A stretch of DNA of 64,000 bases from Candidatus Latescibacterota bacterium. Its GTDB lineage: Bacteria > Latescibacterota > UBA2968 > UBA8231. The stretch spans positions 1,536,001 through 1,600,000 of the forward strand of contig OZ242005.1 in NCBI GenBank assembly GCA_965204725.1, read 5' to 3'. Shown piece by piece: positions 16,140 to 24,474 of this stretch; positions within the stretch are counted from its first letter, which is position 1; each line of letters starts with the position of its first letter. The position numbers and the translations under genes are program-made. The notes under the pieces were generated by a model. That model was not told the origin of the DNA, searched no databases, and was given only the letters and a program-made list of their open reading frames with translations.

Positions 16140-19061
16140 TCAGGCGTCAATCCGCGTCTTCTTGCCGCCGTGGACGCTTGGCTCGGCGCACCATTGGTCG
16201 CGCAAAATGGCGAGCGGTTCGAGGGCGGCTTCGGGCAGGTGCAATAGGTCGATCAAGACGGCGTGGTCGAGGGCTTGGCGAGCGTCGTCCCGATACGCCT
16301 CGTTGGCTGGGAGAAACGCCGCGTCCTTGAATCGCTCAAAGATCGCCTCGGCTTGGGCTAGCTGCTCTTGGCTGAGGGAACGCGGGTCCAAGACCGTCAG
16401 GCGGGGCAGTTGAGTGATCGTGAGACACGCCCGGCCCTGCTGCTGGCGGGTTCCGACCCACCAGAAGGCGAGGAGGCCCAGCGTCGTGTTGGACCACAAG
16501 ACGAGGGGAGTGGTCCAATCTTCTCGCTCTAAAATGAAGTTAGGCCATGCCCGACCGCCGATGGCTTTGGCCGGTGTGAGGCAGGCGGTGAAGCTTTGCG
16601 AGTTGATCCGAAAATCTCGGTTAAAGTGTAGCCGCGAGGCTGTCGCCTTCCAGACTCTAACGGGGTGGTCGTCGCAGCCGGGCCGCACCTCGCCTTCGCT
16701 ATCGGGCAGGACGACGAGACTCCGTTCGTTCTGAGCAGAGTGATTCCACAACACTGGGTACTGGGGCACCCCTTGAATGGGGATGATGTTAAACGGCCCT
16801 CGCGGACCACCCTTGCTGTCTTTTCCGTTAATGTCCATGTGGTATAACCCCCTCTCGCCAAGGGACCCGAGGGGAGTCGTGGAAAGCGGCGCGGCATACC
16901 CTTGGGGGAGGCCGAGCATCCCTTTCTCTAATTTCATGGCCGTGGCGGCCAGCGTCGTTTCACGGAGAGACGCACAGCCGCCTTGGGTCAGCGGTGCCCG
17001 GATGTACGTGCCGATGGTCTCGCGGTCACCCACACAGAGCCGCCCCTGCTTCGCTTGAGACGGGAGGCGATGTACCGCCCGCGCCATCTCGAAAGCCTCC
17101 GCGAGATTGTGCGGCCGGTGACGGAGATTGACAAATAGCGTTTCTCTGTGTTCCTCGTTTTGCCCATCGCGCTGCTTGGTAGCCACTACGAGTGCTTCGG
17201 CCATACCTGTATCTGCCGAAAAAGCCCGATCCGTCGAACCGTGCGTCGCAATCGTCAGCACGGTCAAATCCTCGTACTCGCGTTCCAATAAGCGACGGAC
17301 CTCTCTCCAAGAGTCACCGTTCACACAAGCCGCTGGCAGCACTAATGCGAGGACACCGCCCGGCTTGACCTTGACATGGGCGAGATCGATGAAGTTAGAG
17401 GCCAACCCTGCGTTGCCGTCTCCAATTACGTAGCCCCCCTTCTTCTTCAGATTCGTGCAAATTTTCTTTAGGCGAGCACTCATTTTTCTCTGCTCGTCTT
17501 CGCTGGTATCGAATCCGGCAAAGGCGGGGACGGGAATGCCCACCTTGGAACCCTCCTGCCCCGTAGGTCTCGTAAAGGGCGGGTTCATAATCACCAGATC
17601 CGCCGTTTCGCGGGGGAGGATCATGTCTTGGCTCCCCTCGGCTTCCACATCCTCGCCCGTGCCGTGCGCCACGGTGACACCAGTCCCAAACAGCGATGGC
17701 GCGGTGTCATCCTCAATCAGGTCGAGTGCGCCCAGTGCCATAGTATGCCGCTTTTCCGCGCTCTGCTGTCCGTAGGGCAGAGTGTGGACGCGGGTGTGTC
17801 CAAAGGTCGTCCCCGGATGGGCGGACGAGAGCATGGACGCGGTCAGGTGGGTGGCCGCTGGCATGATGTCGGCCGCGACGAGGGCGCGTTCCATCATTTG
17901 CCGATGCAGCGTCTGATCGTCGCCGCCGGTCCGCCGATGCCGTGCCGATAGAGCGCGATACGCCGCCGAGAGTAGGGCACCCGTGCCACAGGCTAAGTCC
18001 GCGACTTGCAGGCCGATGAGAGCGTCCGGGTCGGACCAATCCGTCTCTGCGTCGAGACGAGCCACGGCCAACTCGCCAAGCAGGGCCGCCGAGGTCGGCA
18101 GAGTGTAGAAGGTGGCGAGGAACTTCCGGTCCGCGATGAGCCGTTGGAACATCCGCCCGGAAAGATCGTGCAAGGTCGTTGCGCCCAAGCCCGCCAAATC
18201 GCTGGCCGCTTGCGCGAGGCGATTGAGGACCGCATTGGCCGTGCCGTCGGGAATGGGCAGCAGCAAATCGGAGGCAATGCGAAAGATCGGATAGTAGTTG
18301 ATGTCATCGAGGATGCGCTGCCAACAGGCCAGCAACCGGCTCTTGCTGACATCGTTGCGCCCCGGAATACGCAATTCGTCGATGGTGTCGATATTGTGCG
18401 CTTCAACAATAGCGGTATGAAAGACGAGCGCGTTGGCGACGATAGCCATCGCCATGCGCGAAGTTTGCTCGCCATCCTCTTGGTAGAGGAACTGCGCCAT
18501 CTTCTTGAGCGTGTGCGGGCCAGCCGTTTCACGCAACTCGCCGCTGGCCTCGCCAATGCTCTGTTCGAGAATCTGCGTTCCCTCCGCCAGCAGTCGCTCA
18601 GACAGCGACACGTTCTCAATACAACTCGCCAGATCGTCAATCGTGCCGACGAGCCAGCCGGTGGCCGGCCAGCGCACGGCCCTATCCGCTGCTTGCAGGG
18701 CGTGTGTGCAATAGCGGAACTCGGCATCCCTGATCGCCCGCTCCAAGTCTTGCTGCGGCACCTCACTCAGGTCTTGCGGAATTTGAACGGCGATGGTTTG
18801 CTCAATCTGGGCACCCTGATACTGCAAGAATTGCCCCAAGCGTTTGCGGGCATCTTCTTCGACGCTGCGCGCCGGTTCAAATTCGGTTTCGAGGACGACC
18901 GGGATGCCGCCCGGCGGGCGAATGACGATGTCCGGCCGTTGCGCGATCTCGCGGACGACGCCCTGTTGCTCCGCCCCGGTGCGGTCGCGCCAACGCGGAT
19001 GCTTAGTCCGCAGCACATTCGACAGGGCGACATTAAAGGCGATTTCGTTGGTTCGGGGCAC
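16140..19061 (-). CDS. Type IIG-like restriction-modification enzyme (nuclease-like N-terminus + N6-adenine MTase + target recognition domain)
   Basis: RPDIVI...VLETEF is PD-(D/E)xK-like. FYT, DLACGTG (motif I) and MNPPF (motif IV). Confidence 0.85.
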   Translation of the reverse strand: MPRTNEIAFNVALSNVLRTKHPRWRDRTGAEQQGVVREIAQRPDIVIRPPGGIPVVLETEFEPARSVEEDARKRLGQFLQYQGAQIEQTIAVQIPQDLSEVPQQDLERAIRDAEFRYCTHALQAADRAVRWPATGWLVGTIDDLASCIENVSLSERLLAEGTQILEQSIGEASGELRETAGPHTLKKMAQFLYQEDGEQTSRMAMAIVANALVFHTAIVEAHNIDTIDELRIPGRNDVSKSRLLACWQRILDDINYYPIFRIASDLLLPIPDGTANAVLNRLAQAASDLAGLGATTLHDLSGRMFQRLIADRKFLATFYTLPTSAALLGELAVARLDAETDWSDPDALIGLQVADLACGTGALLSAAYRALSARHRRTGGDDQTLHRQMMERALVAADIMPAATHLTASMLSSAHPGTTFGHTRVHTLPYGQQSAEKRHTMALGALDLIEDDTAPSLFGTGVTVAHGTGEDVEAEGSQDMILPRETADLVIMNPPFTRPTGQEGSKVGIPVPAFAGFDTSEDEQRKMSARLKKICTNLKKKGGYVIGDGNAGLASNFIDLAHVKVKPGGVLALVLPAACVNGDSWREVRRLLEREYEDLTVLTIATHGSTDRAFSADTGMAEALVVATKQRDGQNEEHRETLFVNLRHRPHNLAEAFEMARAVHRLPSQAKQGRLCVGDRETIGTYIRAPLTQGGCASLRETTLAATAMKLEKGMLGLPQGYAAPLSTTPLGSLGERGLYHMDINGKDSKGGPRGPFNIIPIQGVPQYPVLWNHSAQNERSLVVLPDSEGEVRPGCDDHPVRVWKATASRLHFNRDFRINSQSFTACLTPAKAIGGRAWPNFILEREDWTTPLVLWSNTTLGLLAFWWVGTRQQQGRACLTITQLPRLTVLDPRSLSQEQLAQAEAIFERFKDAAFLPANEAYRDDARQALDHAVLIDLLHLPEAALEPLAILRDQWCAEPSVHGGKKTRIDA

Positions 19062-19128
19062 GGTTCCTTCTTGACGGTTCGGCCGCAGTGGACGATCAGG
19101 GGCGGTTCAAGCTCAAATCCCCGACTCC

Positions 19129-19596
19129 CTAGGTGCTTGGGCCGCAGGCTCCATCCCCTAGGTCTGACGGCGCGGGGTCATAGGTTTTTAGGAAGATGTC
19201 GTGCTTGCACGGATACCACTCGCCGGAGATCCCCTGAATAAGCCAGTCGCCCGTCCTGAACACTTGGATGCCCTCTAGCGTCTCGATGTACCCGTCGATG
19301 ATGGGGCTGTCCTCGTTGCGGTTGACTTGGAGCTTCCGATTTTTTGCTATCGGCAGATTATCGAGCCGGTCCCACTCGGCAGGGGAGGCTTCGCCGACCC
19401 GGGTCGCTTGGATGGTCTCCGGCCTTTTCCGATAGGATTTCAGCTCATACGGAGCAGGGACGCCCAAGGGCATTTGCGGGTTTTCGGCACCTTTGGGCAT
19501 GGGAATAGGATTCTTCATCTTGGGTATAATCCTATTCTCACCGAGTGCGATCTCGGCCGACCTTTTTGGGGACGTGGGGCTATTCTTCTTTTTCAT
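19129..19596 (-). CDS. Pro-rich N-terminus fused to a PGDYG-like (phage-type YRKKP...TLEG...GEWYPCK) domain
   Basis: ATG at 19596 after AGGAGAG. YRKRPETIQA...IETLEG...GDWLIQGISGEWYPCKHDIFLKTY. Confidence 0.7.
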   Translation of the reverse strand: MKKKNSPTSPKRSAEIALGENRIIPKMKNPIPMPKGAENPQMPLGVPAPYELKSYRKRPETIQATRVGEASPAEWDRLDNLPIAKNRKLQVNRNEDSPIIDGYIETLEGIQVFRTGDWLIQGISGEWYPCKHDIFLKTYDPAPSDLGDGACGPST

Positions 19597-19597
19597 C

Positions 19598-20125
19598 TTA
19601 ACTCTCCTCTGTAGCATAAGCCCTAGCATAGAGCGCGAAATATGCCTCTGTTCGTCTTGATGCTTCGGTTTCGCATTTTGGTCTTGTCGGCAGGGACTGG
19701 CTCTTAAAGTGTTCGTTGACGGCTTCTTGTTCCCGCCGTTTTAGGTCAATGCGTAAGGCGAAAATTTCCTCATCTGTACGTTTTCCTTCAAATACTGAAA
19801 ACCACTGACTTTCCGCGTCGAGGGCAAGTTTTTCCTGTTCGTTACAAAGCCCCCCGAGTGCCTTAGCGCGTTTCTGAAAGGGCAGGAGATGCTTGACAGC
19901 ATGAACTACCTGTGAGGCTGCAATTAACCCACCCCAAATCATGCCGTATTCATCCCAAATAGCCCATCCCGCAATGCTCGAACTAGAGGTGATAGCTAAA
20001 AATGTCTGTATCCGAGTATCCCATTTTTCCAAGAGCATCCGATAGGTGCTCAAATAATAAACACCAAACCTGAGTTGCACTAAGGTATCCCAGTATAGAC
20101 GCTGATAGTTCAAGTTGCGCTCCAC
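19598..20125 (-). CDS. SLATT-like two-TM membrane protein
   Basis: Two adjacent hydrophobic helices (TFLAITSSSSIAGWAIW; MIWGGLIAASQVVHAV) followed by a helical charged tail. Confidence 0.65.
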   Translation of the reverse strand: MERNLNYQRLYWDTLVQLRFGVYYLSTYRMLLEKWDTRIQTFLAITSSSSIAGWAIWDEYGMIWGGLIAASQVVHAVKHLLPFQKRAKALGGLCNEQEKLALDAESQWFSVFEGKRTDEEIFALRIDLKRREQEAVNEHFKSQSLPTRPKCETEASRRTEAYFALYARAYATEES

Positions 20126-20148
20126 CTGCTTTTTACTCCGTCACACGC

Positions 20149-21513
20149 CTATAGCCCTTTGATGTAGAGGTCTGAGAAAGGCTTCGTCAACGACTGTTTG
20201 ACTTCTGCCAGCACCGCATCCATGTCGTCGTTCCATTCGGCGTCCGGCGGAAATTTATTTAACCTGACCAGCTCCCGATCTTCCGGGTTTTCCTTTACAT
20301 GGACCTCAAGCCACTTGAGGATCGTCATGCTGTGGGTAGAGACCACCACGTTGACTCCCTGACGGGCTAACTCAAAGAGGATCGCCGCCATCTCAACTTG
20401 CCAAGCCGAATGGAGATTGGACTCCGGTTCATCGAAAAAAAGAAAAGAGCCGCGCTCTAAGGCCCCTCGTTCAATCAACAGGGCCAGCATTCCTAGGTTT
20501 GCAACGCCCGCCGACGCGAGGGAGAGCGGAATCGACTTGCCGTTTTTTTGAAATTCAAGATCACCTGCTTCGCTCAGCGCAATTTTTCCGCCAATCGCAT
20601 CGTGCAGCCTGTTGTGGATTCCGGTGAGAGGATGGTTTATATGCGTCCTTCGGAGGGAGGCGGCTAGGTCGTAGAAGTACGCTGGGACGCCATTCAGAGA
20701 ATGCTCTAAAGGGGAACGCGAGCCGAGCTTAATCGACTCCAGAGGGTTTTTCAGTTTCCAATAAAACGGAGATTCTAAATAGAAGACTTCGGGAAATGAT
20801 GACCCGTTTTCAATGATTTGCGGGCTGGGAATGAATCCGAGCTCGGAGTCCACTTCTGTCCGTAATTCGCCTACGCCTTGGACGCTGAAATACAAGGGGG
20901 AATCTCCGTCCCCTTTAAGCGTTAAAAAGTCAGACACTTGAAAATTTCCATATATATTCTGGCGAAACTTGTAAGACCATCCGAGGCTAATGGCGTCTTC
21001 TACGTCGCTAAAGCTCTCTTCCAAATGATTTATGATGGTTGTGAGGGCGCCGTGCATATCAGATGAAGAGGCGTGGCCACCGGCTTTTCTCGTTTTAATG
21101 TCATTTTCGAGGGCGTGTAAGTGGCCCTTTATTTCCTCGCTCTCAGCCATCAATACAGGATGCACCGACTTGAGCGCGTCGAGTTCACTTTGGTTCGGAT
21201 GACTTGGATATGCCTTCCGCAGGATAGAGTCGATTTTTTCTACCCCCTTTCTAATGGCGGACAAGGAGTGTGTTCCTCGCTCACTATAATAGCCTTGCAA
21301 AGTCGATTCGGAGATAGAGGTAATCAAATAAGAAAGTGATTCAAAAGATTCTAGGGCATGATTTGCATTCCGCGCATCAAGCGTCGAATACAGCATCTTC
21401 GACACGAGCGTCTTGCCGGTATTGTTCGGCCCGGCGAATACCGTGAACGGACCAACTTGGACGGTCGCCTCGCTGATTGGCCCCAAGTTCGCAATTTTTA
21501 ACTCAAGGTCCAT
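20149..21513 (-). CDS. ABC-superfamily AAA_15/AAA_21 ATPase (OLD/AbiE/PARIS-like defence ATPase)
   Basis: LKIANLGPI, Walker A GPNNTGKT, signature ASAG, Walker B FFDEPE..LH, switch STHS. Confidence 0.85.
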   Translation of the reverse strand: MDLELKIANLGPISEATVQVGPFTVFAGPNNTGKTLVSKMLYSTLDARNANHALESFESLSYLITSISESTLQGYYSERGTHSLSAIRKGVEKIDSILRKAYPSHPNQSELDALKSVHPVLMAESEEIKGHLHALENDIKTRKAGGHASSSDMHGALTTIINHLEESFSDVEDAISLGWSYKFRQNIYGNFQVSDFLTLKGDGDSPLYFSVQGVGELRTEVDSELGFIPSPQIIENGSSFPEVFYLESPFYWKLKNPLESIKLGSRSPLEHSLNGVPAYFYDLAASLRRTHINHPLTGIHNRLHDAIGGKIALSEAGDLEFQKNGKSIPLSLASAGVANLGMLALLIERGALERGSFLFFDEPESNLHSAWQVEMAAILFELARQGVNVVVSTHSMTILKWLEVHVKENPEDRELVRLNKFPPDAEWNDDMDAVLAEVKQSLTKPFSDLYIKGL

Positions 21514-21531
21514 AAGCCCCTTCCTTTATTA

Positions 21532-21666
21532 AAAGCGGTCTGAAGACTCTGGTGGTCGTCCCTTGCGTCTAAATGATCCCGACTGGATTCCCGCGTTCGC
21601 GGGAATGACGGATCTCGTCTCTACGGCTTGTCCAACACGCCCCAAGGTGGATTTTCAGACAGCCTC
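21532..21666. mobile_element. Putative MITE-like element with imperfect TIRs, TTA flanks and an internal REP
   Basis: Left end AAAGCGGTCTGAAGA vs reverse complement of right end GAGGCTGTCTGAAAA (11/15). TTA at 21529-31 and 21667-69. Confidence 0.4.
21585..21609. repeat. REP-type palindrome GGATTCCCGCGTTCGCGGGAATGAC
   Basis: Perfect 9-bp stem ATTCCCGCG-TT-CGCGGGAAT; the widespread ATTCCC...GGGAATGAC REP class. Confidence 0.8.
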
Positions 21667-21707
21667 TTAGGGCCTTTGTGTCCGCCGCCCGTCCCATAGC
21701 TGGGCGA

Positions 21708-23090
21708 TTAGCTGGCGATCTGGTCGCCAAAGAGGGTGTGCGAGGTGGTGCGGGTGATGCGGATGGCTACGAGATCGTTGTGCGCGGCGGGTTGCGGGAA
21801 AATCGCTGTCTTGCCCTGTGGGGTGCGGCCGTAGTAGCGGGGCTGACCGTCGGCCGCTGGCCGCTTGGATGGGCCTTCGACGAGGACCTCGACCGTGCGA
21901 CCGACGTACCGCTGGTTGATCTGGCGCGAAATATCCTCTTGCAGGGCGATGATGTGCTGGAGGCGCTCGCCCTTGACGGCTTCGGGGATGTCGTCGGGCA
22001 GCTTCTTGTGGGCGTAGGTGCCCTCGCGTTCCGAGTATTTGAACATGAAAGCCGAGTCGTAGCGGATCTCTTCCATTAGATCGCAGGTCTGGCGGAAGTC
22101 CGCGTCGGTCTCGCCGCAAAAGCCGGTGATGATGTCGGTCGTCAGGGCGAGATCGGGCAGGGCCGAGCGTAGCTTCTGCACGAGCCGGCGGTATTGATCG
22201 ATGGTGTACCCGCGACGCATGCGAGCGAGTTGGTCGTCCGAGCCGCTCTGTACCGGCAGGTGTAGGCTCGGGCACACCGAGCCGACCTCGGCCATGGCGT
22301 GGATCACGCGGTCGGTAAAGTCAACCGGATAGGGCGAGGTGAAGCGCACCCGCTCAATGCCATCGACTTGGCTGACTCGCCGCAACAAATCGGCGAAATC
22401 CACGTTGCCAGCGCGGTAGGAATTAACGGTCTGCCCGAGTAAGGTAACTTCTCTAAAGCCCTCGGCGGCAAGGTGCTGTACTTGCTGCACAACCTCGTCC
22501 GCGGGGACGCTGCGCTCCCGGCCGCGCACAAAGGGCACAATGCAGAAGGTGCAGAATTTGTCGCAACCGCGAATGATGGTCACCCAAGCGTTGGTGCCGG
22601 TTGTGCGCTGGGGATGAACGCCGCTGTAGTTTTCAGAGCGGTCGAGCCGCACGTCTAAGAGCGCGTCGTCGCTGGATTGGGCGAGAAGCTGAGGCAGGCG
22701 GCGGTAGGAATCCGGCCCCATGACCAGATCGACGAAAGGAGCGCGGTCGGGCAAGGTCTTGCTCAGGTGTTGGGCCATGCAGCCGAGGATGCCCAAGGTG
22801 AGGTTGGGGCGGTGGGCGCGGAGCCCGTTGAGCTGGCTGACGCGGCCAATGACCCGCTCCTCAGCGTGTTCGCGCACCGCGCAGGTATTGAGCAGGATGA
22901 TGGCGGCCTGCTCGGCTCGTTCGGTAATCTGAAACCCAGCGTCGGCGAGGATGCTGGCGACCAGCTCGCTGTCGGCCACGTTCATCTGGCAGCCGTAGGT
23001 TTCGATGTACACGCGGCGGCCCGCTGGCCCAGGGCGCGTGGCCACGGGCTGGTATTCGGCTGTGGGGGCGTTGAGAAGGGGCAAGTTCAT
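21708..23090 (-). CDS. miaB: tRNA-2-methylthio-N6-dimethylallyladenosine synthase
   Basis: TYGCQMNVADSE, NTCAVRE, GCMAQ, GCDKFCTFCIVP and a C-terminal TRAM domain. Confidence 0.95.
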   Translation of the reverse strand: MNLPLLNAPTAEYQPVATRPGPAGRRVYIETYGCQMNVADSELVASILADAGFQITERAEQAAIILLNTCAVREHAEERVIGRVSQLNGLRAHRPNLTLGILGCMAQHLSKTLPDRAPFVDLVMGPDSYRRLPQLLAQSSDDALLDVRLDRSENYSGVHPQRTTGTNAWVTIIRGCDKFCTFCIVPFVRGRERSVPADEVVQQVQHLAAEGFREVTLLGQTVNSYRAGNVDFADLLRRVSQVDGIERVRFTSPYPVDFTDRVIHAMAEVGSVCPSLHLPVQSGSDDQLARMRRGYTIDQYRRLVQKLRSALPDLALTTDIITGFCGETDADFRQTCDLMEEIRYDSAFMFKYSEREGTYAHKKLPDDIPEAVKGERLQHIIALQEDISRQINQRYVGRTVEVLVEGPSKRPAADGQPRYYGRTPQGKTAIFPQPAAHNDLVAIRITRTTSHTLFGDQIAS

Positions 23091-24406
23091 GGGCGCGCTC
23101 CAAAAGTTAGCTCTTCGCGGGCTTGCTCAATCTGCACATCCACGAACTCGTTGGGTGTGGCCGAGCCAGCGAAAAGGACCTTGACGTAGTTGTCGCTCAA
23201 GCCGACCTGCAAGCCGGTCGCTCGGTCGGGGCGTCCCTCGGCGAGGACTGGGAGCGAGCGGCCGACAAAGCGCTGGTGGAAGGCGAGCCGCTTGGCGGCA
23301 CCGAGGGCGATGAGGGCTTGGGCCCGCTCCTTTTTGACCGCGGCGTCTTGGTGCTCGGGCAGCCGCTCGGCCGGGGTGCCGGCGCGCTGCGAGTACGAAA
23401 ACACGTGGAGATAGGTCAACGGCAGATCGGCCAACAAGGCGCGGGTCTGGGCAAAATGCGCGTCGGTTTCCCCGGGAAAGCCCACCATGACGTCGGTGCC
23501 AATGGCGCAATCGGGGATGCGGCGGGCGATTTGCTCAATCCGCTCGGCGTAGTAGGAGCGAGTGTAGCGCCGCCCCATGCGCTTGAGAATGAGGTCGTCG
23601 CCGCTTTGCAAAGGCACGTGAAAGTGGCGGCAGATAGCCGAGGAAGCCGCGGCGCGGTCGATCAGCGCGTCGGTGACGTAGCCCGGCTCAATGGAGTTGA
23701 GGCGGATGCGCGCCAAGCCGTTGATTTGCTCTAGGGCTGCGAGCAGCTCGACGAGTGCCTCGGGCTGGCCTTGGTCATGGCCGTAGCGCCCGGTGTGGAC
23801 GCCGGTTAGGGCCAGCTCGCGGTAGCCGGCCGCGACCATGCGCTCGGCTTGGGCAATGACTTCGGCGGCGGGGCGGCTCGCACTAGGCCCGCGCACGGCC
23901 GGGATGATGCAATAGGTGCAGTGCTCGTCGCAGCCGTCTTGGATTTGCAGGCTGCCGCGGGTGCGGCCTTGGGGCACTGCGCCGTCAATGGCGAGAAATT
24001 GCTCGGTGCGCGGCCTCGTGGCCGAGGGCGCGGGGAGCTCGATGCCGGCTAGATGCGCTTCGAGCAGCTCGACGAGCTGGGCCTTCTGGCCGTTGCCCAC
24101 GACCAAATCGGCGCCGGCCGCTGCGAGGTCGGCCGGCCGCCGCTGGGCATAGCAGCCGGTGGCGACGACCTCCGCGCTGGGATTGCGCCGCCTTGCGCGA
24201 CGCACCGCCTTGCGCGAGTCCGCATCGCCGGCGCCGGTGACCGTGCAGGTATTGACCACGTACACGTCGGCTTCCGAGCGGAAGGGCACGATGGAATAGC
24301 CGCGCTCGGCGAGGCGGTGGGCGAGGGCTTCTACTTCGTAGGCGTTGAGCTTGCACCCCACGTTTTGCAGGGCCACGCGCGTATTTGCGGATGTTGGAGT
24401 GCTCAT
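23087..24406 (-). CDS. mtaB: tRNA threonylcarbamoyladenosine methylthiotransferase
   Basis: GCKLNAYE, VNTCTVT, TGCYAQ, QDGCDEHCTYCIIP, HVFSYS.R.GT. Confidence 0.9.
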   Translation of the reverse strand: MSTPTSANTRVALQNVGCKLNAYEVEALAHRLAERGYSIVPFRSEADVYVVNTCTVTGAGDADSRKAVRRARRRNPSAEVVATGCYAQRRPADLAAAGADLVVGNGQKAQLVELLEAHLAGIELPAPSATRPRTEQFLAIDGAVPQGRTRGSLQIQDGCDEHCTYCIIPAVRGPSASRPAAEVIAQAERMVAAGYRELALTGVHTGRYGHDQGQPEALVELLAALEQINGLARIRLNSIEPGYVTDALIDRAAASSAICRHFHVPLQSGDDLILKRMGRRYTRSYYAERIEQIARRIPDCAIGTDVMVGFPGETDAHFAQTRALLADLPLTYLHVFSYSQRAGTPAERLPEHQDAAVKKERAQALIALGAAKRLAFHQRFVGRSLPVLAEGRPDRATGLQVGLSDNYVKVLFAGSATPNEFVDVQIEQAREELTFGARP

Positions 24407-24474
24407 AAGTACCTAAAGGGAAACGAGATAGATAATAAAATTAAGGATGGCCCTTCACCGGGGCAATGGGCCGT

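Noticed and set aside
13760-21530. Prophage interpretation of the islet, because of the phage-like PGDYG domain
   Set aside because: No structural, replication, integrase or lysis genes.
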